From: Pseudothioglobus sp. nBUS_23
GTDB lineage: Bacteria; Pseudomonadota; Gammaproteobacteria; PS1; Pseudothioglobaceae
DNA length: 32,000 nt
Direction: 5' to 3'
Assembly: GCF_051201565.1 (NCBI RefSeq)
Contig: NZ_CP179200.1
Span: 450,001 to 482,000 of the forward strand
Position 1 is the stretch's first letter, and each line of letters begins with the position of its first letter. A program made the translations under genes and the position numbers. Below the pieces are notes generated by a model that saw only the letters and a list, made by a program, of their open reading frames with translations, did no database searches and was not told the origin of the DNA. Below, piece by piece: positions 19,770-27,867 of the stretch.

Positions 19770-19801
19770 TTTGAATTCAGTTAATTAGATTTAAGATAAA
19801 T

Positions 19802-20674
19802 CTATGTATTCTCAAGTCGAGCACTTAAAAATGAGTTTTGCATCCCAGCATTTACTGCATTTTTATAAATTTCTAAAAATATTTCATTTATAGCATAAGC
19901 ATCAGGCTGGTTTTTCAAAAGATCCGATATATATTCCATATCTTTAACCGTATTAGCAATAGTAAAAACATAACCATCATGCGAACCTGAAATTGCCTTG
20001 GGTGCTATTCGATCTAGGCTCATTGAGTGTCCAGAACCTTGTGATGCTAGTTTATAAAATTTCTCCCAGTCAACTCCAAGGCTATTTGCAGCTTTCATTG
20101 CCTCAACAACTAAAGTTGCAGTACCTAGTGCTAAAAAGTTAGATACGAGTTTAGTTTTTGCTCCCATTCCTAACTCACCGAGCCACTCAATTTCAGCACA
20201 ACAAGGTTTAAGAATATTACTAGCAATTTTAAAATCAGCCTCATCACATCCAACTATTGCTCCTAGCATAGCATCCCATGACTGTTTTTGACCACCCGTT
20301 AGAGGAGATTCAACATACTTTAGTTTTGCTTTTTTTGCGTTTTTGCCCAATCTCTCAACGGATACTAAATCATTCGTTGTACAGTCAATAATTAGAGTTT
20401 CTGGAGGCAGTAAGGGAAATAACTCATCACATACTGAGACTGCAATTTTTGAACTTGGAAGACATAAAATAAAACAATTACAGCAAATTGCCATATCAGA
20501 TAATGACGCCATCTCTTTTGCACCTAGTGTCACAAGCGCCTCTATAGGGCTCCTATTTTTATTAGCAATAATACTTACCTCATTGCCGGCTTTAAGTAGA
20601 TTTTGAACCATACCTTGGCCCATAATTCCAGCACCAATGAATCCAATTTTATTTTTTTTATCCATTTCTTGCAT
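19802..20674 (-). CDS. NAD(P)-dependent beta-hydroxyacid dehydrogenase (3-hydroxyisobutyrate dehydrogenase family)
   Basis: IGFIGAGIMGQGMVQNLLKAG Rossmann motif, SPLTGG, and a GMGAKTKLVSN catalytic-Lys region. Start is ambiguous: the longest ORF begins at 20704 inside the upstream SDR gene, while ATGs at 20674 and 20665 give a more typical N-terminus. Confidence 0.85.
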   Translation of the reverse strand: MQEMDKKNKIGFIGAGIMGQGMVQNLLKAGNEVSIIANKNRSPIEALVTLGAKEMASLSDMAICCNCFILCLPSSKIAVSVCDELFPLLPPETLIIDCTTNDLVSVERLGKNAKKAKLKYVESPLTGGQKQSWDAMLGAIVGCDEADFKIASNILKPCCAEIEWLGELGMGAKTKLVSNFLALGTATLVVEAMKAANSLGVDWEKFYKLASQGSGHSMSLDRIAPKAISGSHDGYVFTIANTVKDMEYISDLLKNQPDAYAINEIFLEIYKNAVNAGMQNSFLSARLENT

Positions 20675-20684
20675 GATATTTTTA

Positions 20685-21425
20685 CTAAAGACTCCATCCG
20701 CCATCTACAATCTGAAAGGTTCCTGTAGTGAATTTTGAGTCATCACTTGCAAGGTGAATCAGAATGCCTGTAACCTCTTCTGCAGAAGCAAATCTACCAA
20801 TTGGTTGACGGGCTAAAAACTCTTTTCTTGATGTTTCATAGTCTCCAGTATCATGCATTCTTTGTTCTATAGAAGGTGTTAATATTGTCCCTGGGCAGAG
20901 TGCATTGCATCTTATACCCTTACTAACATAATCAGCAGCTACAGCACGTGTAAGTCCGAGAATAGCAGCCTTTGTGGAGCCATAAAGGCAGCGATTAGGA
21001 GCTCCCTTAATTGATGAGGCAACAGATGCCATATTGATAATAGAACCATCCTTTTTTTCTAGCATTCCAGGCAAGTAGGCTCTTATAAGACGGAATTGGG
21101 ATCTAACATTTAATGTATAGGAAAAGTCCCAATCATCATCAGACATATCCAAAATAGTGCCATTATGCACAAACCCTGCGCAATTAAATAAGGTAGTCAA
21201 AGGTCCAGTTATTTCTGGAGCTTTAGCAATTGCATCTGGATCCATAACATCTAACTCAAAAGTTTCAATTTCTCGATTCTCTGCAGATAGAGTTTCTAAA
21301 GTATCTAAATTTATGTCTGTCGCAAAAACCTTAGCACCTTCATTAGCCATAGCGATTGCAGCAGCGCGTCCCATACCTTGTCCAGCAGCTGTTATCAATA
21401 CTTTTTTACCCATCAACCTTTCCAT
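20685..21425 (-). CDS. Short-chain dehydrogenase/reductase, BDH2/DHRS6-like
   Basis: TAAGQGMG cofactor motif, NMASVAS, the YGSTKAA (YxxxK) catalytic motif and a DGGWSL C-terminus. From memory it is colinear along its whole length with the DHRS6/BDH2 subfamily. AAAGGAG RBS upstream. Confidence 0.88.
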   Translation of the reverse strand: MERLMGKKVLITAAGQGMGRAAAIAMANEGAKVFATDINLDTLETLSAENREIETFELDVMDPDAIAKAPEITGPLTTLFNCAGFVHNGTILDMSDDDWDFSYTLNVRSQFRLIRAYLPGMLEKKDGSIINMASVASSIKGAPNRCLYGSTKAAILGLTRAVAADYVSKGIRCNALCPGTILTPSIEQRMHDTGDYETSRKEFLARQPIGRFASAEEVTGILIHLASDDSKFTTGTFQIVDGGWSL

Positions 21426-21542
21426 CAGATTAACTCCTTTACAATGTTAGTTTGAATTTTCATTTAACATTATAAGTACTATTTGATTTTTATTGAAGTT
21501 ACTAAGTAATATATAATTTGTTTTTTTCTAACAGGCTCGATT

Positions 21543-22049
21543 ATGTCTTATCTAACAAAGCTTAAAGGTTCGCCGGCATCCATCCCACCAAGACCCTCCT
21601 TGAAAGACTTAGGATTTATATCTTTAGGCGCTTTTTTTGCTGCATGTGTCATTGGTTATTTGGCATATCTCACTAATCAGCCAATTATTATGGGTTCGTT
21701 TGGAGCATCAATTTTTGTTTTATTTGTGCTTCCTGAATCACCCTTTGCCCAACCAAGAAATGTAATTTTAGGCCATCTATTAACAACTTTTATTGGCCTT
21801 TTTTTCTATCATTTAGTGGGTTCAGACTGGTGGAGTATGGCCCTAGCATTGGCAATTGCTATTGCAGCAATGCAATACCTTAGAGTCCCTCACCCTCCAG
21901 CAGGCTCAAATCCTTTTATCGTTTTTTTACTTGGCTCTAAATGGGACTTCTTATGGATGCCCACTCTTATAGGTTCAATATTAATAGTATTGGTGGCATT
22001 GTTTTACAACAACTTAGCAAATGATCGAAGTTATCCAAAGTATTGGTAA
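21543..22049 (+). CDS. HPP family membrane protein
   Basis: Four or five hydrophobic segments and the eponymous HPPAGSNP motif; 168 aa. Confidence 0.85.
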   Translation: MSYLTKLKGSPASIPPRPSLKDLGFISLGAFFAACVIGYLAYLTNQPIIMGSFGASIFVLFVLPESPFAQPRNVILGHLLTTFIGLFFYHLVGSDWWSMALALAIAIAAMQYLRVPHPPAGSNPFIVFLLGSKWDFLWMPTLIGSILIVLVALFYNNLANDRSYPKYW

Positions 22050-22055
22050 TCTAAA

Positions 22056-22637
22056 TTATATAACCGTGCATGCTTGATTAAATTCAAGTCTTGGAGCTCT
22101 ATCATAAAGCTTTGAACTATCCCCATAGCCAATTCCACAAATAAACATGGACTTATATTTACCGTCTGGAAAGAATTCTTGGTTGAGTTTTTCTTTGTTA
22201 AACCCAAGCATGGGGCAGCAGTCTAAACCAATAGAGCGTGACGCCATCATGAAGTACGCACCCTGAAGAGCAGAATTAAACTCAGCAGTGTTTTTTATTT
22301 TGTTTTCTTTTCCGATAAATCCTGCTTTGGCATCATTATGGGGAGAAAGGATAGATAAAGACTCATAAAACTCTGTGTCATAGCTAATAATAACCACATA
22401 TGGAGCATTCATTGACTTATCGATATTGCCTTTATCTAGGGTCGGCATTAATCGTTCTTTTGCTTCATCACTTTTAATAAAAGTAAACCTAGCTGGACAG
22501 CAATTACCAGAGGTTGGTGCGAACTTTAATAGATTATAGATTTGATCAATTTGATCTTCAGTTACTTCTTTATTAAGCCAGGATTTGTGACTTCTTGCTT
22601 TAGTAAAAAGTATTGCGAGATTTGCATCAGAAAGCAT
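22056..22637 (-). CDS. Nitroreductase-fold protein, RutE-like (probable malonic semialdehyde reductase family)
   Basis: 193 aa, colinear with E. coli RutE as I recall it (FTKARSHKSW, PTSGNCCPARF, GYGDSSKLYDRAPRLEF). Confidence 0.8.
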   Translation of the reverse strand: MLSDANLAILFTKARSHKSWLNKEVTEDQIDQIYNLLKFAPTSGNCCPARFTFIKSDEAKERLMPTLDKGNIDKSMNAPYVVIISYDTEFYESLSILSPHNDAKAGFIGKENKIKNTAEFNSALQGAYFMMASRSIGLDCCPMLGFNKEKLNQEFFPDGKYKSMFICGIGYGDSSKLYDRAPRLEFNQACTVI

Positions 22638-22725
22638 TTTTTATTCCTTGTTCTTAAACTAGAGCTCATTATAAGTTCTAGTAGAATGTGTTAATATTAG
22701 TTTTTGAAAGATATAAAATCAATTT

Positions 22726-23064
22726 ATGAAAAACTGTATTTTTTGTTCAATCATTAAGGGTGACATATCAGCAGAGATACTCTACTCAGATGATAGGGTA
22801 TTGGCTTTCACGGATGTAAATGCCCAAGCACCCGAGCATTTCCTAGTGATACCTAAAGAGCACATTGCAACAGCAAATGATGCCACCGATGAGTCTCTCA
22901 TGGGGAGTTTGTCAATTACAGCTGCTAAGGTTGCTAAAGAGCGCGGATTTGCAGAGAAAGGATACAGACTTGTAATGAATTGCAATAATGATGGCGGGCA
23001 GACTGTCTCTCATATTCATTTGCATTGCCTAGGTGGCAGGCAAATGACTTGGCCTCCGGGTTAA
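22726..23064 (+). CDS. Histidine triad (HIT) nucleotide-binding protein, HinT-like
   Basis: CIFCSII N-terminus and the HIHLHCLGG histidine triad; 112 aa. Confidence 0.9.
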   Translation: MKNCIFCSIIKGDISAEILYSDDRVLAFTDVNAQAPEHFLVIPKEHIATANDATDESLMGSLSITAAKVAKERGFAEKGYRLVMNCNNDGGQTVSHIHLHCLGGRQMTWPPG

Positions 23065-23126
23065 TTCTTTCCAGATTTGATGGAATTAATCTTAACTGAC
23101 TAGGTAGTTCAATTAAAATGTTATCC

Positions 23127-23145
23127 ATTCAAAATAATTTTGAAT
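23127..23145. repeat. 19-nt palindrome ATTCAAAA-TAA-TTTTGAAT in the HIT/parC spacer
   Basis: The 8-bp arms are exact reverse complements (23127-23134 and 23138-23145). It lies 29 nt upstream of the parC ATG. Function unknown. Confidence 0.5.
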
Positions 23146-23173
23146 TCTGTATTAATTTTTATTTAGGAAAAGA

Positions 23174-25417
23174 ATGAGCCAAAACGGCATTGAGCAACAA
23201 AGCGTTGGGGATTATAGTGAGCGCGCTTACCTTGATTACTCAATGTATGTCATTCTTGATCGTGCACTGCCTTTTGTTGGAGATGGTCTTAAACCAGTTC
23301 AGAGAAGAATCATCTATGCGATGAGTGAGCTTGGCCTAAAGTCAACTGCAAAATTCAAAAAATCTGCCAGAACAGTAGGAGACGTCCTAGGTAAATTTCA
23401 TCCTCATGGCGACAGCGCATGCTACGAAGCGATGGTGCTCATGGCACAACCCTTTTCGTATAGATATCCATTTATTGATGGCCAGGGTAATTGGGGCGCT
23501 CCAGATGATCCAAAATCTTTCGCAGCAATGCGTTACACTGAGTCAAAATTATCGCCGTATGCTGATCTACTTTTAAGCGAAATTAATCAGGGCACAGTTG
23601 ACTGGATAGATAATTTTGATGGAACAATCAAAGAGCCACAGCACTTGCCAGCCCAAGTCCCTAATCTCTTGCTTAACGGAACTTCAGGAATTGCTGTTGG
23701 TATGGCAACAGATATGCCACCTCACAACCTCATCGAGGTTATTAGTGCATGCATTCAACTTCTCGAAAAGCCATCCACTGATTTGGAGAGTTTATTAAAA
23801 ATTTTGCCAGCGCCTGACTATCCAACAAATGCCTTCATTGTGAGTTCAAGAGAAGAGCTCTATCAAATGTATGAGACTGGAAATGGATCAGTCAAAATGA
23901 GAGCTAGCTATGTTAAAGAGGATGGTGAAATAGTAATAGAGGCTCTGCCTTATCAAACTTCGGGAGCTAAAGTCATTGCGCAAATTGCGACCCAAATGCG
24001 TAATAAAAAGCTGCCATTGGTGGACGACCTGAGGGATGAGTCTGATCATGAAAATCCTACACGTATCGTTATAGTTCCAAGGTCGAACCGAGTTGATTGT
24101 GATCAGCTAATGCTGCATTTATTTGCAACGACAGATCTTGAGAAAAATTATCGTGTGAACATGAATGTCATTGGACTTGATGGTAAGCCTCAAGTCAAAC
24201 CGCTCATACCTTTACTTAAAGAATGGCTACAATTTAGAATGCAGGTCGTTGTCAATAGGCTCAATTCTAGGCTAAATAAAATTGTTGATAGGTTGCATAT
24301 TCTTGATGGACTTCTTATCGCATATCTAAATATTGATGAAGTTATTGCAATTATTAGAAGTGAAGAAAAACCAAAACCTGTCCTTATCAAAAAGTTCAAA
24401 ATTAGTGAAATCCAAGCTGAAGCTATCTTAGAGCTTAAGTTACGCCATTTAGCTAAACTTGAGGAAATCAAAATAAAGACTGAGGCAGATGAACTTGATA
24501 AAGAGCGTAAGTCAATTGAACTTCTGCTTTCAAGTGAGGCAAGACTGAAAACTTTTATCAAAAAAGAACTCAGAGTGATTCTTGAAGAGTTTGGTGACAA
24601 GAGGCGCTGTCAAATAGTTTCAGATGTAGTTTCAGCTCAGGCTTTTAATGATGAAGATATGATGCCAGCAGAAAATGTTACAGTTGTGCTCAGTGAAAAG
24701 GGTTGGGTAAAGGCAGCTAAGGGGCACGATATCGATTCCTCTGCTCTAAACTATAAGTCTGGTGATGCCTTCTTGAAGGATGCTAAAGGCAGAAGCAACA
24801 AGATGGCAATCTTCTTAGATTCGACTGGAAGATCTTATACATTGATAGCTAACTCACTTCCAAGTGCCAGAGGCCAAGGTGAGCCTTTAACAGGAAGATT
24901 AACTCCACCCATTGGTGCTGAGTTTATTGATGTGGTAATGGGGGAAGATGATCAGCCTATCATTCTCTCATCAGATGCTGGTTATGGATTTATTTCATCA
25001 TTAGGCAATCTCCAATCTAAAACTAAGTCTGGAAAGCATGCCATAACTTTGTCAAAGCAAGCTAAAACAATGCGTGTGACGAAAGTTGATGATGTAGATG
25101 AAGACTTTTTGGCTGTAGTGACAAACAGGGCTAGGTTATTAATTTTTCCAGTGTCTGAGCTTCCTCAGCTTTCAAAGGGTAAAGGCAATAAACTTATACA
25201 GATTAAGAGTGATGATTTTATTAATCGCGAAGAGTTTCTAATTGGCCTTTGTACTATTAAAAGTCATCAAAAATTAAGGGTAGAGTATGGGAATGGGAAA
25301 AAGCATAAAACATACTCCTTTGAGGATTTAGTAAACTTTACAAGTCATAGGGCAAGAAAGGGCTTAACGATTCCTGGAGTTCATGGTAAGGCTCTGGGTA
25401 TTGACGCAATTGACTAA
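23174..25417 (+). CDS. parC: DNA topoisomerase IV subunit A
   Basis: [17 protein letters not shown] (identical to the E. coli ParC QRDR as I recall it), the AAMRYTE catalytic-Tyr motif, 747 aa, no GyrA box and no acidic tail. Confidence 0.92.
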   Translation: MSQNGIEQQSVGDYSERAYLDYSMYVILDRALPFVGDGLKPVQRRIIYAMSELGLKSTAKFKKSARTVGDVLGKFHPHGDSACYEAMVLMAQPFSYRYPFIDGQGNWGAPDDPKSFAAMRYTESKLSPYADLLLSEINQGTVDWIDNFDGTIKEPQHLPAQVPNLLLNGTSGIAVGMATDMPPHNLIEVISACIQLLEKPSTDLESLLKILPAPDYPTNAFIVSSREELYQMYETGNGSVKMRASYVKEDGEIVIEALPYQTSGAKVIAQIATQMRNKKLPLVDDLRDESDHENPTRIVIVPRSNRVDCDQLMLHLFATTDLEKNYRVNMNVIGLDGKPQVKPLIPLLKEWLQFRMQVVVNRLNSRLNKIVDRLHILDGLLIAYLNIDEVIAIIRSEEKPKPVLIKKFKISEIQAEAILELKLRHLAKLEEIKIKTEADELDKERKSIELLLSSEARLKTFIKKELRVILEEFGDKRRCQIVSDVVSAQAFNDEDMMPAENVTVVLSEKGWVKAAKGHDIDSSALNYKSGDAFLKDAKGRSNKMAIFLDSTGRSYTLIANSLPSARGQGEPLTGRLTPPIGAEFIDVVMGEDDQPIILSSDAGYGFISSLGNLQSKTKSGKHAITLSKQAKTMRVTKVDDVDEDFLAVVTNRARLLIFPVSELPQLSKGKGNKLIQIKSDDFINREEFLIGLCTIKSHQKLRVEYGNGKKHKTYSFEDLVNFTSHRARKGLTIPGVHGKALGIDAID

Positions 25418-25535
25418 ATCTCCATTCTAGGAACTCATTTTCTTCTTTAATTCGCTCAATTCTCACAATAATTGTAGGTGGTATAGTAAGATTTAAGCAG
25501 GTATAATGCCGCTTTTTTTATCAATTTTTCCGAAA

Positions 25536-25907
25536 ATGTTCGTACTAAAAATTGTTACTGACTTTGCATCTGCTCATTCATTGAGAAATTATTCTGGTGA
25601 CTGTGCCAGGCTCCATGGCCATAATTGGCAGGTGGAAGTATCTGTATCCTCTAATGTTTTAGATGATAACGGTATAGCAATTGATTTTCGCGAAATAAAG
25701 AAACAAACGAAGCTGGTGATCAAAAGATTAGATCATCAATATTTGAATGAAATAAAGCCATTTGATGTTCTCAACCCAACTGCTGAAAATATTGCTAAGT
25801 ATTTTTTTGATGAGGTTGGTTTGCTTATTAATAATGAGGATATCAAGGTCAAAGAAGTCTTGATCTGGGAAACTCCCAGATCTGCTGTTACCTACTCGGA
25901 ACAATAA
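25536..25907 (+). CDS. queD: 6-carboxy-5,6,7,8-tetrahydropterin synthase (QueD / PTPS-I family)
   Basis: CARLHGHNW (CxxxHGH) zinc/catalytic motif, and RLDHQYLN. The homologous N-terminus starts at MFVLKIVTDF (ATG 25536). The track start at 25506 overlaps a TATAAT box and adds a non-homologous 10-aa extension. Confidence 0.88.
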   Translation: MFVLKIVTDFASAHSLRNYSGDCARLHGHNWQVEVSVSSNVLDDNGIAIDFREIKKQTKLVIKRLDHQYLNEIKPFDVLNPTAENIAKYFFDEVGLLINNEDIKVKEVLIWETPRSAVTYSEQ

Positions 25908-25910
25908 AAT

Positions 25911-26702
25911 ATGAAAAATACACTATTACCAGACACTCAAAATACAAAAGATTTACGTAATATCGTGATCAATCAGGTTGGAATCAAAGATATTTTGCAT
26001 CCAATCAACTTTGTGAATAGAGATAACGAATCTCACCCCTCGGTTGCAAACTTTACGATGACCGTTCGACTTCCTGAGAATGTCAAAGGAACTCATATGT
26101 CCAGGTTTATTGAGATTTTGAATGACAATGAGTGCAGTTTCGGAATTGATAATTTCATGGGCCTTGTACAAACAGTTGCTGATAAACTTGACTCTAATGA
26201 TGCTCAGATCATTGTTGACTTTCCTTTTTTTCGCAATAAAAAGGCACCATCCTCTGGTGTTGAAAGCCTGCTCGATTACAAGGCAACATTGACTGGAAGT
26301 TTGAGTGATGGGAAGCCAGATTTGACGGTTAAAGTTGTTGTGCCTGTCACAAGCCTCTGTCCTTGCTCTAAAAGCATCTCTAAATATGGAGCTCATAACC
26401 AAAGATCTCACATTACAATAGAAGCAAAAGCATCAGTTGGAGCAACCATCTATCTGGAAGACTTAATTGACTTGGCAGAGCAAAAAGCATCGAGTGAGCT
26501 TTATGCAATTTTAAAACGCGATGATGAAAAGGTTGTTACTGAGAGGGCTTATGAAAATCCTGCATTTGTAGAAGACATTGTGAGAGATATTGCAGTTGAG
26601 TTGAATGCAGACAAAAAAGTTAAGTATTATTGCCTTGAATCAGAAAATTTTGAGTCTATTCATAATCATTCTGCGTATGCACTAATAACGAATCAAAAGT
26701 AA
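25911..26702 (+). CDS. folE2: GTP cyclohydrolase I type 2 (GCYH-IB)
   Basis: 263 aa with GTHMSRF and the VPVTSLCPCSK motifs characteristic of FolE2. It starts 3 nt after queD. Confidence 0.9.
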   Translation: MKNTLLPDTQNTKDLRNIVINQVGIKDILHPINFVNRDNESHPSVANFTMTVRLPENVKGTHMSRFIEILNDNECSFGIDNFMGLVQTVADKLDSNDAQIIVDFPFFRNKKAPSSGVESLLDYKATLTGSLSDGKPDLTVKVVVPVTSLCPCSKSISKYGAHNQRSHITIEAKASVGATIYLEDLIDLAEQKASSELYAILKRDDEKVVTERAYENPAFVEDIVRDIAVELNADKKVKYYCLESENFESIHNHSAYALITNQK

Positions 26703-26705
26703 GTT

Positions 26706-27761
26706 ATGCAACATAATACTGATAACGTAAGAATTATTTCAAGTGCACCTATGGTGTCACCTAATACACTTATCGATAAGCTGCCATTATCTGAAAAGGC
26801 AGCCTCAGGTGTTGTTAGTTCAAGAAACACAATTAAGAATATTCTCTATGGAAATGACAATCGGCTGATGGTTTTGGTAGGTCCTTGCTCGATTCATGAT
26901 ACTAAGGCTGCAATGGAGTATGCAAAGAAGCTCTTAAAGCTAAAAGAAGAGTTGTCCGAGCATTTATTTATTGTGATGAGAGTCTATTTTGAAAAACCAA
27001 GAACGACTGTTGGTTGGAAAGGGTTAATCAATGATCCGTACTTAGATGAAAGTTTTGATATTGATAAGGGCCTTGAGACTGCAAGAAAACTTTTGGTTGA
27101 TTTAGGTGAAATTTCTATGCCAGTGGGCGTTGAGTATTTGGATGTATTGACGCCACAGTACTTGTCAGACCTAATTTCTTGGGGTGCTATTGGTGCTAGA
27201 ACTACTGAAAGCCAATCGCATAGAGAGCTTGCCTCAGCATTATCTTGCCCGGTAGGTTTTAAGAACGGTACGGGCGGCTCTCTTGAAATTGCTATTGATG
27301 CTATTCAATCAGCAAATAGTCCTCATCATCTATTATCGGTAAACAAGGACGGCGGAATAAGTCACTTTACTTCTCTTGGTAACGATACTGCCCACATTAT
27401 CCTTAGGGGCGGTAAGGATGGTCCAAATTACTCTAAAGAGCATGTTGAGGCGACCTGTGAAAAATTAAAGGCTAAAGGTCTCGTATCAAGAGTGATGGTT
27501 GACTTCTCGCATGCAAACTCTGAAAAGCAATTTAAAAACCAATTGAAGGTTGGCGATAACATTGCAAGTCAGATAGAAAATGGCTCTGACTCTGTCTTTG
27601 GAGTGATGATTGAATCTCATTTAAATGAGGGAAATCAGAAGGTTGGGCCTCTATCCTCTCTCCAGTATGGTGTTAGCATAACGGATAGTTGTATTGGTTG
27701 GGATGACACAGAACAGCTTTTAAAGGACCTTGCTGAATCAGTAAAAAAACGCAACTCTTAG
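26706..27761 (+). CDS. aroG: 3-deoxy-7-phosphoheptulonate (DAHP) synthase, class I alpha (AroF/G/H type)
   Basis: GPCSIHD, KPRTTVGWKGLINDP, GARTTESQSHRE and DFSHANS motifs; 351 aa. Feedback specificity (Phe/Tyr/Trp isozyme) cannot be told from the sequence. Confidence 0.9.
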   Translation: MQHNTDNVRIISSAPMVSPNTLIDKLPLSEKAASGVVSSRNTIKNILYGNDNRLMVLVGPCSIHDTKAAMEYAKKLLKLKEELSEHLFIVMRVYFEKPRTTVGWKGLINDPYLDESFDIDKGLETARKLLVDLGEISMPVGVEYLDVLTPQYLSDLISWGAIGARTTESQSHRELASALSCPVGFKNGTGGSLEIAIDAIQSANSPHHLLSVNKDGGISHFTSLGNDTAHIILRGGKDGPNYSKEHVEATCEKLKAKGLVSRVMVDFSHANSEKQFKNQLKVGDNIASQIENGSDSVFGVMIESHLNEGNQKVGPLSSLQYGVSITDSCIGWDDTEQLLKDLAESVKKRNS

Positions 27762-27867
27762 AGTCTCCTCTTAATCCATTTTTTTCTCATAAAAATAGCC
27801 ATTTTTTGGTGTGTTTTTTGCTCATCTAGGGTACAATAAAATTTACTTATTTATTTAGGTTTATTCT

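Noticed and set aside
25506-25535. 10-codon N-terminal extension of queD (MPLFLSIFPK) given by the ORF track
   Set aside because: The ATG at 25506 overlaps a TATAAT box (25502-25507), the extension is not part of the QueD fold, and homology begins at MFVLKIV (25536).
25536-25907. The COG0720 protein as a PTPS-III FolB replacement
   Set aside because: The active-site block is the QueD-type CxxxHGH, without the glutamate that characterises PTPS-III or PTPS-I/III as I recall them. I keep this only as a low-priority check.
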